Shown here in pieces: positions 59,724 through 63,250 of a DNA stretch of 63,250 nt. The notes beneath the pieces were generated by a model that was not told where the DNA came from, searched no databases, and saw only the letters and a list, made by a program, of their open reading frames with translations. Within the stretch, counting starts at the first letter, position 1. Every line of letters begins with the position of its first letter. Made by a program: the position numbers and the translations under genes. Origin of the DNA: a virus; the IMG/VR virus record IMGVR_UViG_3300048905_000034, positions 1 to 63,250 of that record. The stretch is one strand, 5' to 3'.

Positions 59724-61400
59724 TTACGGGAAGAGGTTGGTGGCGATGCTGGCAGCAGCGGTCTTACCGTTGGCAACCAGCGGGATGCGGATGGCGCGAC
59801 CGGTGTTGCAGGGGTTGGTCACGACGATGCCCTGCTCAGTGAACAGGTGGACGTAGTCGTTCTTCTTCAGGTTCACGGAGTCGTACACGGTGTCCAGCGT
59901 GAGGACATCGGTAACGCCACGCACGAAGGTGCCAGCCGGGTACATGTAGGCATCGACCGTGGTCGGGTACTTGGTGGCGATACCGGCAGTGGTGACATCC
60001 ACGTTCTGCCAGTAGGCGAGCCACTGCACGCGCAGGTTGCGGGCAGTGAACCATGCGGTGATCTGCTCGTCGGAGACGTTGAGCAGGTCGACGCCGGTAC
60101 GGTTGGCGAGGTCAGCCTTGATGACACCCTTGACCCAGCGGGGCAGGACGACTTCGAGGGTCTGCTTCTCACCGAGGGCGTTGCGCTGGCGCTCGCCGTA
60201 GGCCACAACGTCGAGGATGTGGAGCACGTCGAGGGCGTTGCCGAAGCCGCCCGGGACGCTGACGGGAGCGCCGGTGTAGGCGGCGATGCCAGCGAGGGTC
60301 TTGGCGTGCAGCTTGTACTGGTGTGCGACGAGGGCCAGTTCGGTGTAACGCTCGATGACCTCGGGCCAGCCAGCGCGGAGCAGAAGACCGGCTTCGATCA
60401 TCACACCGACAGCGTCAAGGCGCTTCTCAACGAAGGCGGGGACGGTGGGCCGCAGGGAGGTCTTCTGGACAACTCCGGCCTCAGCGACAGCTTCGGTCAT
60501 GTCCCAGAAGCCGGTGGACGAAGCCAGCACAGAGGCGAAGTCCGGTCCCTTGGTGTACTGGACGCCACCACGGGTGATGGTCACCTCGGGGAGGTTGATA
60601 AGACCATCCGTGGTTTCACCGCCACAGAAGTCCATGATCTGCTCGGACGGAGCGCCCCAGCCACCGGCAGCAACGAGGGAGCCACCTTCAAGGCGGGACT
60701 CCTTCGCGGCATCGAGCAGCATTTCAAGGTCGCGGCCCCGGTACTCGTTCTGGTTGAACGTGTTCTCCGGCAGGTTGATGACCACAGCGCCGTTGCGGGC
60801 GTGGGTTCCCTGCGGGGCACCCTTCGGGAGGTTGTTCAGGGACACACCGATGGCCTTGGCGGCTTCGGACAGGTTGGCGAACTTCTGGCCAGCCGGGAAG
60901 GACGGAACGTCCGCTGCGGCGGTGAGAGAAGCGCGAGGTGCTTCGGGCATCGGAGCCTTCTTCTGGGAGTCGGGGGTGTTGCGGGCTGCGCGGGAAGCGA
61001 AGGAACGCCGTGCGCTGGCGGTGTCCACTGCGGGGGAGGCGGGGGGAGCGGTTTCGACTTCCTCCGTGACTTCCTCCTCCTCTTCCTTCTTGGGTTCTTC
61101 CTCTACTACTTCTTCTTCCTTCTCGGCTTCCTCCTCGGCGGGGGCGGTCGTGAAGGCGGAACGGGAAGCTTCAAGAGCGTGGGCGCGGGCTTCGGCAGCC
61201 GTCTTGCGCTCGCTGAGTACGCGGGAAGCGTTGGAGTGGAACTCGTAGAGCGCGCCGAGGTCGGCGACCTGCTCATCGGTGATCTTGGAATCGTCGATGG
61301 CGGCGAGGGCCTGACCGGCGGCGAATGCGCCTTCTACGGCTTCGGTGAGGGCGGGGGTATCGAGCGAGTCGATGTCCGCAGGAATTACGAATGCACCCAT
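59724..61400 (-). CDS. major capsid protein with an N-terminal scaffold/delta-like acidic domain
   Basis: 558 aa; ~170-aa coiled, Glu-rich N-terminus, then a capsid-like body; follows the protease. Confidence 0.75.
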   Translation of the reverse strand: MGAFVIPADIDSLDTPALTEAVEGAFAAGQALAAIDDSKITDEQVADLGALYEFHSNASRVLSERKTAAEARAHALEASRSAFTTAPAEEEAEKEEEVVEEEPKKEEEEEVTEEVETAPPASPAVDTASARRSFASRAARNTPDSQKKAPMPEAPRASLTAAADVPSFPAGQKFANLSEAAKAIGVSLNNLPKGAPQGTHARNGAVVINLPENTFNQNEYRGRDLEMLLDAAKESRLEGGSLVAAGGWGAPSEQIMDFCGGETTDGLINLPEVTITRGGVQYTKGPDFASVLASSTGFWDMTEAVAEAGVVQKTSLRPTVPAFVEKRLDAVGVMIEAGLLLRAGWPEVIERYTELALVAHQYKLHAKTLAGIAAYTGAPVSVPGGFGNALDVLHILDVVAYGERQRNALGEKQTLEVVLPRWVKGVIKADLANRTGVDLLNVSDEQITAWFTARNLRVQWLAYWQNVDVTTAGIATKYPTTVDAYMYPAGTFVRGVTDVLTLDTVYDSVNLKKNDYVHLFTEQGIVVTNPCNTGRAIRIPLVANGKTAAASIATNLFP

Positions 61401-61504
61401 GGCAATTACTCCTTATGGGGGACGCAGGAACGTGTGGATAATTCAGATCTGATCGACACACGGCCTACGGCCAAGGAGAGTGCCCTGCTGGGACAAATCC
61501 TAGA

Positions 61505-61546
61505 GGTAAAACAGACACGCCGTCCATGTGGAGGACGGCGTGTCTG
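61505..61546 (-). terminator. canonical intrinsic terminator upstream of the capsid gene
   Basis: Sense CAGACACGCCGTCC-TCCACAT-GGACGGCGTGTCTG then TTTTA. Confidence 0.8.
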
Positions 61547-61551
61547 GGTTA

Positions 61552-61695
61552 CTACTGCTTCTGGTAGCTGCCGCCGCGTCGGGCGACCGCCGCTTTGGCT
61601 TCAATTTCGGAACTGAACACCTTCACGGTGCCGTCCCCAAGGGTCGCCTTGTAGGTGACCTTCGCGGCCTGCTTGGTTCCGCAGTTACATGGCAT
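61552..61695 (-). CDS. hypothetical protein, 47 aa
   Basis: MPCNCGTKQAAKVTYKATLGDGTVKVF...; RBS GAAGGGAAG. Confidence 0.5.
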   Translation of the reverse strand: MPCNCGTKQAAKVTYKATLGDGTVKVFSSEIEAKAAVARRGGSYQKQ

Positions 61696-61697
61696 GG

Positions 61698-63250
61698 TTA
61701 CTTCCCTTCGATGGTGGCGAATGCGCTCTTGGCCCGAGTGACCTGAAGCTGCCGGAACTTGGCCCTGACCTCGTTGAACCGATCCAGCGAACTCGTGGGA
61801 ATCTCCACGGTGTCCCCGGAATCCTGCCCATCGTGCAACGGAATCGCAGCGGCAACCAGCGAAAGCTGCTCCCCGCCGGAGGCCACCAGCATCGAGGGGC
61901 GGGGGATCGGGAATCCCGGGACGTTGACCGCGAGGGCGGCGATCAGTTCCATTTCATCCTGACCGGGGCGGACCTGCCTCCAGTCCCCGGAGATTGCAGC
62001 CGCCCGCAGTGCGTGGACCTGCTCATCGCTGATGTTGGGGCGCAGGACCCCGGCTACCCAAATGCCGTGCTCATCCTCACCTGCGGTCACGTCAGCGACG
62101 GCGGTGGAGGTCGAGTCGTAGTGGGAGACTGCGGCGCGGAGGCGTGCCCGACCGTCAGCGTGTCCGCCTCCGAGGGTGATCTGGCCGACCGCAACGGGTC
62201 CGAGGTCCGTCTGCACTTCGCCGGTCAGGAAGAAGGCGTAGTTCGTGGACGAGTGCGGCGCGGTGGTGCATTCGCCTTCCTCCTCCCCGATGGGCAGGCC
62301 GATGTGGCAGGTGTCCCATGTGGCTACGTGGCCGTACACCCGCCCGTCCTCCGCGACCGTGAACGGCGTCGGGCCGGTCAGTTCCGGGTTCTTGAAGTAG
62401 CCCCCGGGAAGCAATGCGGGTTCTACTGCTGCTGTCAGTGCCATTTCAACCGTTCCTCCTGAGTGGTGTCGTCCGCCGCCTTCACGCCCCGGCCATACGC
62501 CGAGCGCCCGGTAGTGCAGGTTGGCACACAGGCCCGCCAGCCACTGGGGATTCTGGACGTACTTGGCAAGCTGCAGGCGGCAGCGGTTGAAGTCGCCCGG
62601 GACGCCCCAAGCGATCTTCAACGCGCCCCGGCCATCCACCCAGTAGGACGTGATCCTGTGCGTGGGCTTGGGTTCGGTGATCCACCCGGGGCCGTCCATC
62701 GTCTTGATGGGCGGGATGTCGTAAACGTCCGTCTCAGAGGCGGCTGTTCCACGTGAAACATCGTCAGGTGAATTTGGTGAATCTTGTGAATCTCCCGGCA
62801 GTTGGTCGACCAACTGCTGATCCGCCCAGCGGCCCAGCCCGACGAAGGCTTCCGCGAAGGCGGGGATGGCGCAGATTGTGGCTGCGCAGATTCGCCCGGT
62901 GGCCGACATCGAGGAACCGTCCTCGGACATCGTCGCCTGCATGTCGTCGATGTCGACGGACACCCCGCTCCACATGCCTTCGGCCAGCATGCGGACAGTC
63001 TCGTAGGCTGCCTCCGACTGATCGAACACGCCCTCGCCCTTGACGAGGCCATCCTCGCGGAAGATGTTGTCGATGCGGCCAACGATGACCGAACCCTTGT
63101 GGCCCTCGTCATCCACGAACATCGCCTTCAGCGGCAGGGGCAGGTCGCGGTGGGTCAGGCCGTTCTTGTCGAACGACCGCCCGTCGCCCGAGGGGACACC
63201 TTCGGGGGCAAGGACGCCGTACCAAGGAACAGGTTCCAGCACCTCTTCCT
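61698..63250 (-). CDS. C-terminal part of the MuF-protease fusion: HK97-type (S78-like) prohead protease domain plus a further ~330-aa domain
   Basis: ...GHKGSVIVGRIDNI...GVSVDID...ICAIPAFAEA; open at the window end and in frame with 1..917; total 780 aa on the circular map. Confidence 0.75.
   Translation of the reverse strand, partial: EEVLEPVPWYGVLAPEGVPSGDGRSFDKNGLTHRDLPLPLKAMFVDDEGHKGSVIVGRIDNIFREDGLVKGEGVFDQSEAAYETVRMLAEGMWSGVSVDIDDMQATMSEDGSSMSATGRICAATICAIPAFAEAFVGLGRWADQQLVDQLPGDSQDSPNSPDDVSRGTAASETDVYDIPPIKTMDGPGWITEPKPTHRITSYWVDGRGALKIAWGVPGDFNRCRLQLAKYVQNPQWLAGLCANLHYRALGVWPGREGGGRHHSGGTVEMALTAAVEPALLPGGYFKNPELTGPTPFTVAEDGRVYGHVATWDTCHIGLPIGEEEGECTTAPHSSTNYAFFLTGEVQTDLGPVAVGQITLGGGHADGRARLRAAVSHYDSTSTAVADVTAGEDEHGIWVAGVLRPNISDEQVHALRAAAISGDWRQVRPGQDEMELIAALAVNVPGFPIPRPSMLVASGGEQLSLVAAAIPLHDGQDSGDTVEIPTSSLDRFNEVRAKFRQLQVTRAKSAFATIEGK
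62798..62817. repeat. PAL20 copy, perfect
   Basis: Inside the polyprotein, read as QLVDQL, in the linker after the S78-like domain. Confidence 0.95.
63124..63250. repeat. Terminal duplication (copy of 1-127)
   Basis: Identical by direct comparison. Confidence 0.95.

Noticed and set aside
63124-63250. The 127-bp end repeat as a biological direct terminal repeat
   Set aside because: The length equals a common assembler k-mer and the repeat cuts a gene in frame. I cannot distinguish the two possibilities from sequence alone, so I treat it as a circularisation artefact.

Overview
The window is a complete high-GC siphovirus-type actinobacteriophage genome. The unit is 63,123 bp, and bases 1-127 recur exactly at 63124-63250, as in a circular-assembly overlap. 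Two divergent transcription arms leave a ~420-bp control region (8631-9056). The rightward arm (9057-36018, + strand) carries about 85 mostly tiny early and DNA-metabolism genes: SSB, a replication organizer plus DnaB-like helicase, a Rad52-like annealase plus Cas4/RecB-like exonuclease, RusA, HNH, a double Lsr2-like protein, XRE/MarR/Myb-like regulators and DUF4192. The leftward arm runs 8630 down to 1, wraps, and continues from 63123 down to 36133 on the - strand. It carries an RHH regulator, SNase-like and ParB-like nucleases, TerS/TerL, portal, a MuF-protease polyprotein that crosses the window ends, capsid genes, a displaced major tail gene, an embedded GDPD/lysin block, connectors, chaperones, a 1907-aa tape measure, a 1620-aa fibre and holin-like genes. 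I saw no integrase, tRNA, CRISPR array, reverse transcriptase or DNA polymerase. The most unusual content is non-coding. (1) There are 31 copies plus 2 tandem half-sites of a 20-bp palindrome, GCAGTTGG(T/G)CGACCAACTGC. It is stop-free in all six frames, sits mostly at gene boundaries but also inside portal, TerL, tape measure and polyprotein genes, and its asymmetric variant has a fixed polarity relative to transcription (a GNRA-type GCGA loop in sense RNA). (2) An 11-nt leader motif, GGCTACCAACC, lies next to ribosome-binding sites, and its exact reverse complement sits in the loops of two related terminator hairpins. (3) A conserved gene-junction cassette encoding a LIHNGGKP tail plus the next gene's RBS occurs five times. 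Functional calls come from motif reading and synteny only; no database search was possible.
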